From a virus (Duplodnaviria; Caudoviricetes), in IMG/VR virus record IMGVR_UViG_3300042972_000018, positions 1 to 35,263 of that record: DNA of 35,263 nucleotides; one strand, given 5' to 3'. Shown one piece after another: positions 6,253-16,631 of the stretch. The position numbers were made by a program, and so were the translations under genes. Numbering within the stretch: the stretch's first letter is position 1; each line of letters starts with the position of its first letter. The notes beneath the pieces are model-generated. The model saw only the letters and a list, made by a program, of their open reading frames with translations. It searched no databases and was not told where the DNA came from.

Positions 6253-9200
6253 TTATTGTCTTAAATCACGCACATACCATCTACTGTTTGCAGCATAATA
6301 GATACACATATACAGATCCTGATTAGCCGTTTCAACAGTTGTTCCCATTGCTATCACTCCATTTCCTGCATAATCCATACCGCCAGCACTATCCGATTTA
6401 AGGAAAATTTGACTACCTGTAGTCATTATCATACAGCTTTGACCGTCCACAAGCTGTGTTGACGGTAAGGTAACTGTTATTGTATGAGCTGGTCTGGTAA
6501 TAACGAGCGAAGGAAAATAAGTCTGACCGTTCAGCGTAGCTGTGCAGGGATCATCACCGACCGTACAATCTGTTGTAACTGCTACTATTGCTTGTGCTAG
6601 ATTATTGATGTAAGTCCCTTCCGTACGTCTTGATACTAAGTACACACTTCCATAACTCAATATAGCCCTAGCACTCGTCTGTGCAGTGATACGGATGCCA
6701 ATTCCGGCCGTATCTTGTGTATATACACTAATGCCAGTATCTCCGTCTGCCCTGACGCTAATCAGAGATGCACCAGCGTTAATCTGTACGTTATGATTAG
6801 CGTTTCCGATATAGACATTTCCACCTCCATCACCGACAACATCAGACCTAAGCCCAAATTCATCGATTGAAAATTTACCAATCTTACCAGCCGTTGCAAC
6901 AACAGTACCGCTGAATGTAGCACCTCCAGCACCCACAATATTACCGTCTTTGTCAACGGAAAATGTAATTGCCCCTGCATTGTTTTTGATTACAAAGTTA
7001 TCAGAATTAGCGCTGATAAGCCCACTTATAATATCAATGCTAGTGCGAGTTAATCCCGATATAATATCATTAGTCTTGGAATCGGTATAACCATTAGCCG
7101 AATTGATTGCATCGTTAGCTTTGTTGGTCGCATCCGTTGCAGCATCCGTCTTGGCCTGGGTAACAGACAGAGAGATACTGTCCGCCTTTTGGTCAATGTC
7201 GGACAACTGTGTCTGTATAGAGTTGTTGTTGCTGTCATAATCAGTCTTGCTGACCTTGCTGCTGATCTCGTCAGATAGCATCGTGACCTGAGAGTCGGTA
7301 TATGTCTTTGCTGCGGTTGTTGCAGCGGTCTGAGCATTATTGGCTTTTGTTGTCGCATCGCTAGCGGCAGCATTGATTGCAGCCGACTGTGCTGCATTTG
7401 CCTTGGCGGTAGCATCGGATGATGCATCCGTCTTGACCTGACTTACCTCAGCGGTGATACTGTCGGCCCTCTGATTGACGTCGGAGATGGACTCCATAAG
7501 AGTGTTGGTCTCCTCATCGTATGCGGTCTGCTCCACCTTGCTGCTGATGGAGTCCTTGAGTATCTCGACCTGCGAGTGAGTGTAATCATCCAGGGACTCA
7601 TTACTTGTGTACTCGTCCCAATCCGCGTTGACGATAAGTTTGCCGTTATCATCAGTTGCAGGGATATATGCTCCGGTATCGGTAACGAGGGGGTTGCCGA
7701 GATCGTCCGTCAGCAATACGATCGGGCAACTGCTCGTTGCAGCATTTGAGAGGTACAGTTGTCCGGATAGTCTCAAGAGACTGTTTTTTGCATAGGTCGT
7801 ACCGATCACCCAATCTCCTGAGGGGATAATCTTGTACATGTCGGTGTATGCCTGTGCAGCACTTGTGGCTGCTGCCTGGGCTGCATTGGCCTTTGCCGTT
7901 GCGTCACTAGCAGCGGTGCTGATGGCGGAACTCTTTGCATTTGCCGATGTGGTATCGGCATACGACTTGGCGGATGAGAGAGCATTGTTGGCTTTTGTCG
8001 TCGCATCTGTGGCAGCGTCCGTCTTGGCCTGGGTAACAGACAGAGAGATACTGTCCGCCTTTTGGTCAATGTCGGACAACTGTGTCTGTATAGAGTTGTT
8101 GTTGCTGTCATAATCAGTCTTGCTGACCTTGCTGCTGATCTCGTCAGATAGCATCGTGACCTGAGAGTCGGTATATGTCTTTGCTGCGGTTGTTGCAGCG
8201 GTCTGAGCATTATTGGCTTTTGTTGTCGCATCGCTAGCGGCAGCATTGATTGCAGCCGACTGTGCTGCATTTGCCTTGGCGGTAGCATCGGATGATGCAT
8301 CCGTCTTGACCTGACTTACCTCAGCGGTGATACTGTCGGCCCTCTGATTGACGTCGGAGATGGACTCCATAAGAGTGTTGGTCTCCTCATCGTATGCGGT
8401 CTGCTCCACCTTGCTGCTGATGGAGTCCTTGAGTATCTCGACCTGCGAGTGAGTGTAATCATCCAGGGACTCATTACTTGTGTACTCGTCCCAATCCGCG
8501 TTGACGATAAGTTTGCCGTTATCATCAGTTGCAGGGATATATGCTCCGGTATCGGTAACGAGGGGGTTGCCGAGATCGTCCGTCAGCAATACGATCGGGC
8601 AACTGCTCGTTGCAGCATTTGAGAGGTACAGTTGTCCGGATAGTCTCAAGAGACTGTTTTTTGCATAGGTCGTACCGATCACCCAATCTCCTGAGGGGAT
8701 AATCTTGTACATGTCGGTGTATGCCTGTGCAGCACTTGTGGCTGCTGCCTGGGCTGCATTGGCCTTTGCCGTTGCGTCACTAGCAGCGGTGCTGATGGCG
8801 GAACTCTTTGCATTTGCCGATGTGGTATCGGCATACGACTTGGCGGATGAGAGAGCATTGTTGGCTTTTGTCGTCGCATCTGTGGCAGCGTCCGTCTTGG
8901 CCTGAGTCACAGATAGCGAGATACTGTCGGCCTTTTGGTCGACTGTCGATATAGCCTCAGCAACATTAGTCACCTCACCGGAGGCGCTCATCGTCTCGAG
9001 TTCGGTCGCAATGATCTTGACTTTTGCAGGTGAGAGCACGACAATATCCTTGCCCTCGAGCGTATAAGTATTGATGCCCTTGTATAGTGCGAAAATGGGC
9101 GCTCCGTCTGCAACAGTATCGAGCATGATAGCATTTTGTCGAGTTGGGTCGCTATCGTTACCCAGCGTGACGATCACGTCATTTGCGGAGGGCGCATCAT

Positions 9201-10362
9201 TTGTCGTGTCTTCACAATCAGTTTTTGACAAATCCACCCAGGCATACTTATGGCCTTTGCCGTCATCATATAGTGTCGTGTCATCCGATACGGCAACGAT
9301 CTTGCGCCAATAGCGCTTGTTGCTTACATTTGTGTATACCCCGGCTTTGATGTTAAATGATTGGCAAAGGGCCTGGTCTCCGACCGCGAAAAGGTTGGTC
9401 GTCTGGGTCGTTCCGTCATCGGCCAATAGATAGCACCTATAACTGTCACCGTTATCAACGACACTAAAGATCGTCCCACCGGCAGGCGAAAAAATGAACA
9501 CACCACCGGTATATGACACTTTCCGGATCTCCAACTCATGGAAAATTGCCTTACCCCAGACTGTGAGGTTTTTAAGCAACAATCCGTTTTGCGTGAGGGA
9601 AAAACCGCTTTGTGCAGCCTCATCAAAATTTGATGATTTGAGACTGTCCAAAACCGCATTACCCAGAGCGTCTATGGAATAAGCCGAGCCGATGTTTAAG
9701 CCTTGGCTAAATCTTGCGCCAAGCTTAAATAATATGTTGGAGACGATGTTGGTGATGGAGGCATCGCCAATGGTGGCACTATCTGCACTAACGGATTTAA
9801 GGGTGGCATTGCCGTTTTCATCAATCGCATAATCCGTCCCGAGTTTGATGCCCTCATCAAATGTTGCGTTGGCTAAAAATACAATATCACCGATGATCCT
9901 GTTGATAGTGGCATCACCTAATGTAGCACTATCAGCCTTGATGGATTTGAGTACGGCATTGCCTAATTTGTCAATGCTATATGAGTTGATCTTGATACCA
10001 TTGTCAAAAAGGGCATCACCTACAGAGTGCAGGCCCTTAACAAAAGAGATAATGCCCTGGGCCGTATCGTCTGTAGTCTTTGACAAAAATACATCCTTGA
10101 GGGCTGCAATAGCATCCGAAATCTCTTTAGCTATCGTAGTCCAGTCGGTTGAGTCTTCAGTCAGATTTTCGGCTTGTGTCGCCAGGTTGGCCGTACCGGC
10201 TTTTGTAGCATAATCCGCGGCACCTGCCTTATCGGCATAGCCTGCCTGAGACGCGTAATCAGGGGTGCCGGAATAACTGACACCGACTGATCCGGAACTT
10301 TGCACAACCGTTCCGGACGCATTATCTTTTGGCGCATCGTATTTTTTGATTATCCTGCTCAT
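6253..10362 (-). CDS. Large tail fibre / host-specificity protein with Ala-rich coiled-coil repeats
   Basis: 1369 aa. YSIDxxGNAxL repeats near the N-terminus, DATxKANxA coiled-coil repeats, Gly-rich beta C-terminus. Follows the tail genes. Confidence 0.8.
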   Translation of the reverse strand: MSRIIKKYDAPKDNASGTVVQSSGSVGVSYSGTPDYASQAGYADKAGAADYATKAGTANLATQAENLTEDSTDWTTIAKEISDAIAALKDVFLSKTTDDTAQGIISFVKGLHSVGDALFDNGIKINSYSIDKLGNAVLKSIKADSATLGDATINRIIGDIVFLANATFDEGIKLGTDYAIDENGNATLKSVSADSATIGDASITNIVSNILFKLGARFSQGLNIGSAYSIDALGNAVLDSLKSSNFDEAAQSGFSLTQNGLLLKNLTVWGKAIFHELEIRKVSYTGGVFIFSPAGGTIFSVVDNGDSYRCYLLADDGTTQTTNLFAVGDQALCQSFNIKAGVYTNVSNKRYWRKIVAVSDDTTLYDDGKGHKYAWVDLSKTDCEDTTNDAPSANDVIVTLGNDSDPTRQNAIMLDTVADGAPIFALYKGINTYTLEGKDIVVLSPAKVKIIATELETMSASGEVTNVAEAISTVDQKADSISLSVTQAKTDAATDATTKANNALSSAKSYADTTSANAKSSAISTAASDATAKANAAQAAATSAAQAYTDMYKIIPSGDWVIGTTYAKNSLLRLSGQLYLSNAATSSCPIVLLTDDLGNPLVTDTGAYIPATDDNGKLIVNADWDEYTSNESLDDYTHSQVEILKDSISSKVEQTAYDEETNTLMESISDVNQRADSITAEVSQVKTDASSDATAKANAAQSAAINAAASDATTKANNAQTAATTAAKTYTDSQVTMLSDEISSKVSKTDYDSNNNSIQTQLSDIDQKADSISLSVTQAKTDAATDATTKANNALSSAKSYADTTSANAKSSAISTAASDATAKANAAQAAATSAAQAYTDMYKIIPSGDWVIGTTYAKNSLLRLSGQLYLSNAATSSCPIVLLTDDLGNPLVTDTGAYIPATDDNGKLIVNADWDEYTSNESLDDYTHSQVEILKDSISSKVEQTAYDEETNTLMESISDVNQRADSITAEVSQVKTDASSDATAKANAAQSAAINAAASDATTKANNAQTAATTAAKTYTDSQVTMLSDEISSKVSKTDYDSNNNSIQTQLSDIDQKADSISLSVTQAKTDAATDATNKANDAINSANGYTDSKTNDIISGLTRTSIDIISGLISANSDNFVIKNNAGAITFSVDKDGNIVGAGGATFSGTVVATAGKIGKFSIDEFGLRSDVVGDGGGNVYIGNANHNVQINAGASLISVRADGDTGISVYTQDTAGIGIRITAQTSARAILSYGSVYLVSRRTEGTYINNLAQAIVAVTTDCTVGDDPCTATLNGQTYFPSLVITRPAHTITVTLPSTQLVDGQSCMIMTTGSQIFLKSDSAGGMDYAGNGVIAMGTTVETANQDLYMCIYYAANSRWYVRDLRQ
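7145..8904. repeat. In-frame tandem duplication, period 873 bp (291 aa), two copies plus 14 bp
   Basis: Identical protein blocks, and alternative-frame ORFs are also identical at offset 873 (7443..7652 = 8316..8525; 7607..7795 = 8480..8668). First mismatches at 7144/8017 and 8032/8905. Confidence 0.93.
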
Positions 10363-10396
10363 ACATAGATACGTGCAGGATAATGCTTTTGCCCCC
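10363..10396 (-). promoter_or_regulatory. Putative late promoter motif copy (GGGGGCAAAA-N14-GTATCTATGT), directly abutting the ATG
   Basis: Same motif and spacing at 18221-18254, 21395-21428 and 22715-22748. Confidence 0.6.
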
Positions 10397-12936
10397 TACA
10401 CCTTATGTTCGCGTATGTCTACTTTGGATTGCGCTTTGGCAAAATCAATGGATTGACAGTCAACGATCAGGTATTTGTCGATAAGCGGTTCGTGCAAAAG
10501 GGTCCAGGGCGCTAGGTAATTGCGGATTGCCATCTCGAGTCGGGTTGCAGGGGTCTGATATTGCGTAACCATCCTATAGATCATGTGCTCCTCCTGCCTC
10601 ATGAGACCTCCGCTATCTCCCGATGCGTCACTATCCGAGCCCTGCCAAAGTTGCTCCCCTGCGTTGATTGCGTCATTGACAGTCTTGTCAAGCCACTTGA
10701 GCACGTCTCCATCCTTGTAGGCAACTGCCGAGTAACAGGGCTTTTTATCGTCCCATGTGTTGATTTTAAACTCAATATCGTCAAGGTCGGATGCAAAATC
10801 AGGGTCAATGACATTAGTGTATTTTGTATCTGTGTCAGTCCGTCCGCTAAATGTAGGATCACCGATCACCGCCTTGATGGCAAAGTCCTGCAAAAAAATA
10901 TAATACGATCTCATGTCACCTTGCCCGGATGCCTCCTGTGCATCGTCGTATTGTTGCATCGGCATGTACATGGTAAACTCAATATCATCGGATAAAATGT
11001 CCTCCTGAGAGAGTGTCGATAAGTCTATGGCCGTACCCTCCTCGTCTATCCCATACCACCATTTGACCGTATTACGGATGGATTGCGGTTGGTAGACAAC
11101 ATCCTTTGCTTTCTGATTTTGTTCCTCTCCAAAGTAGAGTTTAAAGTCAGTTTCCGTTGTCTGCCACGAACTGCCGTTCCAATAGCTATTGCCCCACTTG
11201 AGTCGACAATATACATACATCCAATAGTATCGGACCGTCGATTTGTAGGATGACGACATCTGATATTGTGGCTTGATGTACGCATCGTCATCGTTGAGCC
11301 CCAAAATAAAACTTCCAGATATAACGAGATAAGCGTTTTTTCCGCCAAACATCTTTGCGGTCTGATCAGTAAAAGTCGTCTGAAAGGCAGGAAAATTCAT
11401 ATAGTATTTGTCATATTCCCTGCCACCGGCAAAGTCCTGAGGGTTTCCAAATCCTGATCCGGTTATCTTGACCTCACCACCGGCAAACCATTTAACGTTA
11501 TTAACGTCGCCTTTGGTCATGAACATAACGAGATCCTCAAAATCTAAGGTGGAGACTTCTTTTGAGGCAAACTTGATATAGTCCTCCGTCGTGGAATAAT
11601 TTTTGACCGCAGCCACTACATCATCAGACAACTCCTTGACCTGCTCACGCTTGATGATGCAACCAAAGTAAGTGTGCGCCTCATCCCAACCAAAGGATGC
11701 AGGAGTAGCGACGGACGGACACGTATGGGTACTGTTGTACTGATTTGTATCCCAATTATAAAGATAAGTCTTGTAACGTGTCGAGGTGTAAAATTTCTCC
11801 GCGACAAAATAGTTTTTGCCCTGACCTTTCCCGACCTTGCCCCAGTCAATGATTATCTCAATGTTGCCGTTGACCGCATCTCCGTATACCCATGATGGCG
11901 TATACATGGACGGTTTGATCCAAACATAAAGCCTGGTAGCTTCAATGTCGAGGTTACGGTCATTGGTGGTCGTGATGTTGGTCATCGTGCCGAGATCGTC
12001 GTCAAACATCTCCGGCAGCACATCATCGAAATCATTGATGGTCGCCTTGATCCGGATCTTGTTGTACACCTCATCGAGAGATACAGTTGCACCTGTCTCT
12101 GCATAAGTCTCTTGGCTGACCTCAATGCTATTGGATAAATCGACCTCCTGAGAGACGCTCATATCTGAGAGATCATAAGCCCAAAATTTGGTATATCCGG
12201 CCCGAACCGCGTCGAAGTCAATCAGGTAGACACTATCTCTCCATGCGACGGCCGTCACACCGAGATACTTGCATATCTCCTCGAGCACCTCTTGGCAATA
12301 CCAGGCTACATCATCATCCGATTCTGTCTTATCGTCCTTTTTGTCAAAAAAATTACTCTCCGAAACAACAAGTTTTGAAAACAAAGATTCAGCGTCACCC
12401 GATAGATGGGTGGCTGCGGAAACATAGAGCGACTTAAAGCATCCAACCCTCGAGAGGATATGTTGAACGATTGCAGCAAAGGTGCAGTTTGTCGGGTATG
12501 ATCCGATGACCGTATACTTCATATACTTCAGCACCGCCAGTCCGTCCACGCACTCCAACTTGGTTTCGTCGTGCGGAGACACATAGTCATTATCGTAGCT
12601 GACCGGAGTGGCAAATCCGGTCCATACGACCGTACCCTCATCCGTCACCTTGCCGTCGGCATCGTATGTGGGCGATTCGGTCAGTTGCACTTTCGTACCG
12701 GTGGCCGTTCCGCTATACATGTCGAGCATGAGATCCTTAGCGTTGTCCTGTATGATACCGGCCTCAGCGGTCGAATATCTTGCAGGGGCATAGATGTTTT
12801 CATTTTTTGACATTTCGGTGGTAAACGGTTCGTCAGACGGAGTTAAGTACCTCGTCTGACTATCGTCATCCTCCGTTATGATCCGGACTAAATATAGCTT
12901 TTTATTTAAATCCGCAAACGGCATATAATATTTCAT
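10396..12936 (-). CDS. Minor tail / baseplate-hub-type structural protein
   Basis: 846 aa, acidic and aromatic-rich, between tape measure and fibre genes; stop/start overlap with the tape measure gene. Confidence 0.65.
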   Translation of the reverse strand: MKYYMPFADLNKKLYLVRIITEDDDSQTRYLTPSDEPFTTEMSKNENIYAPARYSTAEAGIIQDNAKDLMLDMYSGTATGTKVQLTESPTYDADGKVTDEGTVVWTGFATPVSYDNDYVSPHDETKLECVDGLAVLKYMKYTVIGSYPTNCTFAAIVQHILSRVGCFKSLYVSAATHLSGDAESLFSKLVVSESNFFDKKDDKTESDDDVAWYCQEVLEEICKYLGVTAVAWRDSVYLIDFDAVRAGYTKFWAYDLSDMSVSQEVDLSNSIEVSQETYAETGATVSLDEVYNKIRIKATINDFDDVLPEMFDDDLGTMTNITTTNDRNLDIEATRLYVWIKPSMYTPSWVYGDAVNGNIEIIIDWGKVGKGQGKNYFVAEKFYTSTRYKTYLYNWDTNQYNSTHTCPSVATPASFGWDEAHTYFGCIIKREQVKELSDDVVAAVKNYSTTEDYIKFASKEVSTLDFEDLVMFMTKGDVNNVKWFAGGEVKITGSGFGNPQDFAGGREYDKYYMNFPAFQTTFTDQTAKMFGGKNAYLVISGSFILGLNDDDAYIKPQYQMSSSYKSTVRYYWMYVYCRLKWGNSYWNGSSWQTTETDFKLYFGEEQNQKAKDVVYQPQSIRNTVKWWYGIDEEGTAIDLSTLSQEDILSDDIEFTMYMPMQQYDDAQEASGQGDMRSYYIFLQDFAIKAVIGDPTFSGRTDTDTKYTNVIDPDFASDLDDIEFKINTWDDKKPCYSAVAYKDGDVLKWLDKTVNDAINAGEQLWQGSDSDASGDSGGLMRQEEHMIYRMVTQYQTPATRLEMAIRNYLAPWTLLHEPLIDKYLIVDCQSIDFAKAQSKVDIREHKV

Positions 12937-15900
12937 TTTGCCCTCCTCATCTTGTTATTCTGATTGTTAAGTACTCCTACCAAGTCACGACCATGTATAC
13001 GGACTGTGATCTCACCGCCACCGTTTCCTCCGAGGTTGCCGGATGATATGGCGTTCCACAGTTTGCCCTGCTGACCGGCATTGATGATCATCTCTCCGCC
13101 CGATACTTTTGCAATGGATCCGTCAAACGGTTTGCCGTCAATGATACCACCCTGGGCAAACGGCTTGGCGGTGGCAACAGATGCGACCATTATGGCTGTA
13201 GCTGCTGCTCCGAGTCCTGCACCGGGCAAACCTTTGTCAGCCTCAGCCAGGAAAAACTTGGCGCTTGCCAATTCCATTACAGCCGATGCGTCATTTTTTG
13301 CAGCGATGGCCTCTTTGGTAATGGACTTGGTACTTTCGTCAGTCGTTTTTGTCGCCAATTTTGACGCGGCAGCACCGGTGACTTTTCCGACCACTCCCGA
13401 AAGGGCGCCCGAGTCTTTTTTACCGTTCTTTCCGCCAACAATTCCCCCGATGGCTTTCATTGCGGTTTCCGCACCTTTCATCTTCTCAATAGTCGACCTG
13501 ATTTCCTTGATCGTGTCGACGACCTGCTCAACCGACCTGATTGTTTGCAAGATGCTCTCAAAGATTGTCAAGGCTTTTTTGAAGACGCTTTCGTTAGAGT
13601 TTTTAAACACGTCCTGCACATTTTCCCACGAATAGGAGATATTGTCGATATTGTCAACGATGCTTGATGCGTCATCGACCAACTCCCTTTTTGCCTCACG
13701 AATATCCTGCTTGAACTTCTCAACCTTAATGGCTTTGCCCAAATCGAGTTTTTGCAGATTGATTTTATTTATCTGCTCCTGAAAAGCCCCGAAATACTGC
13801 TTGTTGAGTTCGGTATATTGTTCGAGCTCACTATTTGCGTCCTCTAATTTAGCCTGGAGTTTGTCAATAGGAGACAACTCATAATCAAATGTACTGTCCC
13901 TCTTGGAGTTGACCACCTGACCGCCACCGGTATAGATACTCTGATCTCTCCAATTCTGTGCGGTCTTAGTCTGATCCGGAGTAAGATTAAGTGCTCCGCT
14001 CTCCCGAAAGGCATTGGCATACGCCTCCTGCTTGCCTTTGTCGGCATCGTCGATATTGATGGCACCCGATTTAAGTTGGTTGTCATATTTTTGCAGATCC
14101 TCATTAAGTTGTTCCTGGATCTGCTTAAATTTGATAGTCTCCTGATTCGGCAGGGCTTTGATAAGTGATGACGCCTTGCTATTGAGACTACTTTGGATTG
14201 ACTTGAATTTGCCAAGATCACCGGATGCAATCGCACTCAAAGCACTTTGCAGGGAGACGGCAAATTGTGAGTTGCGGTTTCTCGCGTATTTCGATGTCTG
14301 TGTTTGCAAAAACGTCTCTTTTGTAAGGTCAGCGACTTGCGAGAGATAGTCGGATTCCTTGATGTAGCCGTTCTGATACTCCCAATTAAGTTTCTTCAAA
14401 CTGTCGGAGTAGCTGCTTTGAGCCTCAGCCAATTCTTGGGCGGATTCCTTCGCAGCACGTTCCGCTGCGGTCTCCTGCCTGGAGGTTGTACCGGTCGGTT
14501 GGGTATTGCGAAATCCGCCACCGCCTCCAGCAATAGCTTTATCTTCCGAGGTTACGAGTTTTCCGTTTTTTGCAGCATTATTCAAGTAATTATTAGCAAT
14601 ATTCCGTTCTCTGATTAATTCATTATATTCATCTTTATCATCAGCTCTTGCAAATACGCTATATTTACCTTTAGCACCGGATAACTTGAAAAAATTACCC
14701 CAGAAATCTCCCCTATGAGTATTAGGGTCGCCTCCCCATTTATCCCTTATCTGCCTCATCCTATCGGCAGCTTCGAGCCTTTTATTTTCGTAAAACTCAA
14801 TATCGGCTGATTGCTTTAGAATATCAATTCGATTTGAAAGTACCCGATTAAGATCTTTTTCATTTGTGATTCGAGTGCCTAATAAACCATTAATCTGATT
14901 AACGATATTCCTGTGCTGAGTAACCGTTAGGTTACTATTATTTAATTGAGTTTTAAGAATTTCCAATTTGTTCAGTTGCGGAGAGTATTGCTGCTCTGCC
15001 AATTTGAGTTGATTGGTGTATTCGGCTGCCATATTCCTAACCCTAACATGGTTACGATATAAGTTAATCAGCCCATCTCCTATTTCCGTAATAGCTGTAA
15101 TTGCTATCATCGGTCCTGCGGATGACCAAAGGGACTTGAACGCGGCGCCAACTTTTGCAGCCCCGACTTGCAAGCGGACGAAAAATGCTTGCCATGCCGT
15201 TCCGTTTTGCAATACTTCGGCACGCTCAGTCGCCACCCGAGCCGATGACTGCATCTTTGCCTCAATGGTACGTTTTGCATCAAGTTGCGCCTCGAGGTCA
15301 TTCAGCTTGATCCGACTAGCCATGATCTGATCATCTGCTGCCTTGTTGACAACTTCGCGTTGCTTGGCTATCTTTTTTTCTAGGGATGCTTCCTGATTAT
15401 GAATTGACGCCAACTCACCATTGAGTTTCAAGGCCTCAGCTATGATGGGCCGAGATCCGCCACTCCAATTTTTAAAAAAGTTCCAGGCTTTTGTACCGGC
15501 AAAGATCACTCCGACCTGTACCATTACGGCCCGAGCGTTATTGACAATATAGCTAAACAGATTCCGGACGCCCTGGAACAATCCGTTAAGAGCTCCCGAG
15601 TCTGATTGTCCCAATTTGACTTGCAGGGTATTCCACGATGCCTTGATGCCGTTGATCGCACCCTCAATCGTCTTACTGTTATCCTCAGCCATGCGAGATG
15701 TCGTACCGTTGCTCGACTGTAGCTGATTGTTCGCCTGCATCACCTTTTGATAATTCGCAATCAGGGTTGCCACACCGGTATAAGCACGACGGCCGAACAC
15801 ATTAGCCAGAGCGTTTGCATCGCTGCCGATACCGCTTTGCGCTAATTTTCTCATTGTGCCGGACAAACCGTCCACCTGGAGACTAGCGGCACTAACCTGC

Positions 15901-16631
15901 ACTCCGTATTGGCGGAGAGTCTGCGTGGCTTTCGGAGTCTGTGCAGCCAGGCGCGCAATAAATTGCATAATGGTGGTACCGGCTTTGCCCGAGCTCACGC
16001 CCGATTGGGTCAGTCCCACTATTGCAGATGCAACATCCTCAATCCCGATATTTGCAGTCCGGGCAACAGGCGCTACGCCCTGGAGTGCCTCGACCAAATT
16101 TTCAATTCCACCGGTCTTTGGCGCAGCGATAGAGAGGACGTCAGCAACTTTTTTGGCATTAGCCTCATTCGCAGCCATGCCAAAGGCTTTGAGTTGGTTA
16201 GTCAAGATCTCTGCCGACCGGCTTGTATCAATGGAGTGAGCCTCAGCAAACTCCAGCGTTGTAGCCAGTATCTTAGTTGCATCGGCAGCCGATATGCCGT
16301 TTTGCGCCATCTTTGCCATGCCGGTTGCAGCCTCAGTCGCGGAGTAGTTGGTGGATGATCCCATTTTGATTGCAGCGTCCTCCACACTCTTCATATCGGC
16401 AGCGGTGCCGTTCGTGGCGCCCTTGATGTGCGCCATTTGCTCCTGAAACTCCTTGGTCTGCTGCACCATCGTGGAGGTAAACGCACCGATACCTATCCCG
16501 ACCCCTATCGAGCCGAGCAAACTGTTTACCGACCTTTTGAGACCGGCAAAGATGGTCTCCACTTTTTTTGCGCCTGTCTTGACACCGTTGGTGATAAGAT
16601 TGAGCGCTATCGAATAATCAAGTTTTGCCAT
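12933..16631 (-). CDS. Tail tape measure protein (TP901-type core)
   Basis: MGSSTNYSATEAATGMAKMAQNG...VADVL...LxxVAPVA motif, long helical Ala/Gln-rich body, FAQGGII...VSGGEMIIN C-terminus. Confidence 0.93.
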   Translation of the reverse strand: MAKLDYSIALNLITNGVKTGAKKVETIFAGLKRSVNSLLGSIGVGIGIGAFTSTMVQQTKEFQEQMAHIKGATNGTAADMKSVEDAAIKMGSSTNYSATEAATGMAKMAQNGISAADATKILATTLEFAEAHSIDTSRSAEILTNQLKAFGMAANEANAKKVADVLSIAAPKTGGIENLVEALQGVAPVARTANIGIEDVASAIVGLTQSGVSSGKAGTTIMQFIARLAAQTPKATQTLRQYGVQVSAASLQVDGLSGTMRKLAQSGIGSDANALANVFGRRAYTGVATLIANYQKVMQANNQLQSSNGTTSRMAEDNSKTIEGAINGIKASWNTLQVKLGQSDSGALNGLFQGVRNLFSYIVNNARAVMVQVGVIFAGTKAWNFFKNWSGGSRPIIAEALKLNGELASIHNQEASLEKKIAKQREVVNKAADDQIMASRIKLNDLEAQLDAKRTIEAKMQSSARVATERAEVLQNGTAWQAFFVRLQVGAAKVGAAFKSLWSSAGPMIAITAITEIGDGLINLYRNHVRVRNMAAEYTNQLKLAEQQYSPQLNKLEILKTQLNNSNLTVTQHRNIVNQINGLLGTRITNEKDLNRVLSNRIDILKQSADIEFYENKRLEAADRMRQIRDKWGGDPNTHRGDFWGNFFKLSGAKGKYSVFARADDKDEYNELIRERNIANNYLNNAAKNGKLVTSEDKAIAGGGGGFRNTQPTGTTSRQETAAERAAKESAQELAEAQSSYSDSLKKLNWEYQNGYIKESDYLSQVADLTKETFLQTQTSKYARNRNSQFAVSLQSALSAIASGDLGKFKSIQSSLNSKASSLIKALPNQETIKFKQIQEQLNEDLQKYDNQLKSGAINIDDADKGKQEAYANAFRESGALNLTPDQTKTAQNWRDQSIYTGGGQVVNSKRDSTFDYELSPIDKLQAKLEDANSELEQYTELNKQYFGAFQEQINKINLQKLDLGKAIKVEKFKQDIREAKRELVDDASSIVDNIDNISYSWENVQDVFKNSNESVFKKALTIFESILQTIRSVEQVVDTIKEIRSTIEKMKGAETAMKAIGGIVGGKNGKKDSGALSGVVGKVTGAAASKLATKTTDESTKSITKEAIAAKNDASAVMELASAKFFLAEADKGLPGAGLGAAATAIMVASVATAKPFAQGGIIDGKPFDGSIAKVSGGEMIINAGQQGKLWNAISSGNLGGNGGGEITVRIHGRDLVGVLNNQNNKMRRAK

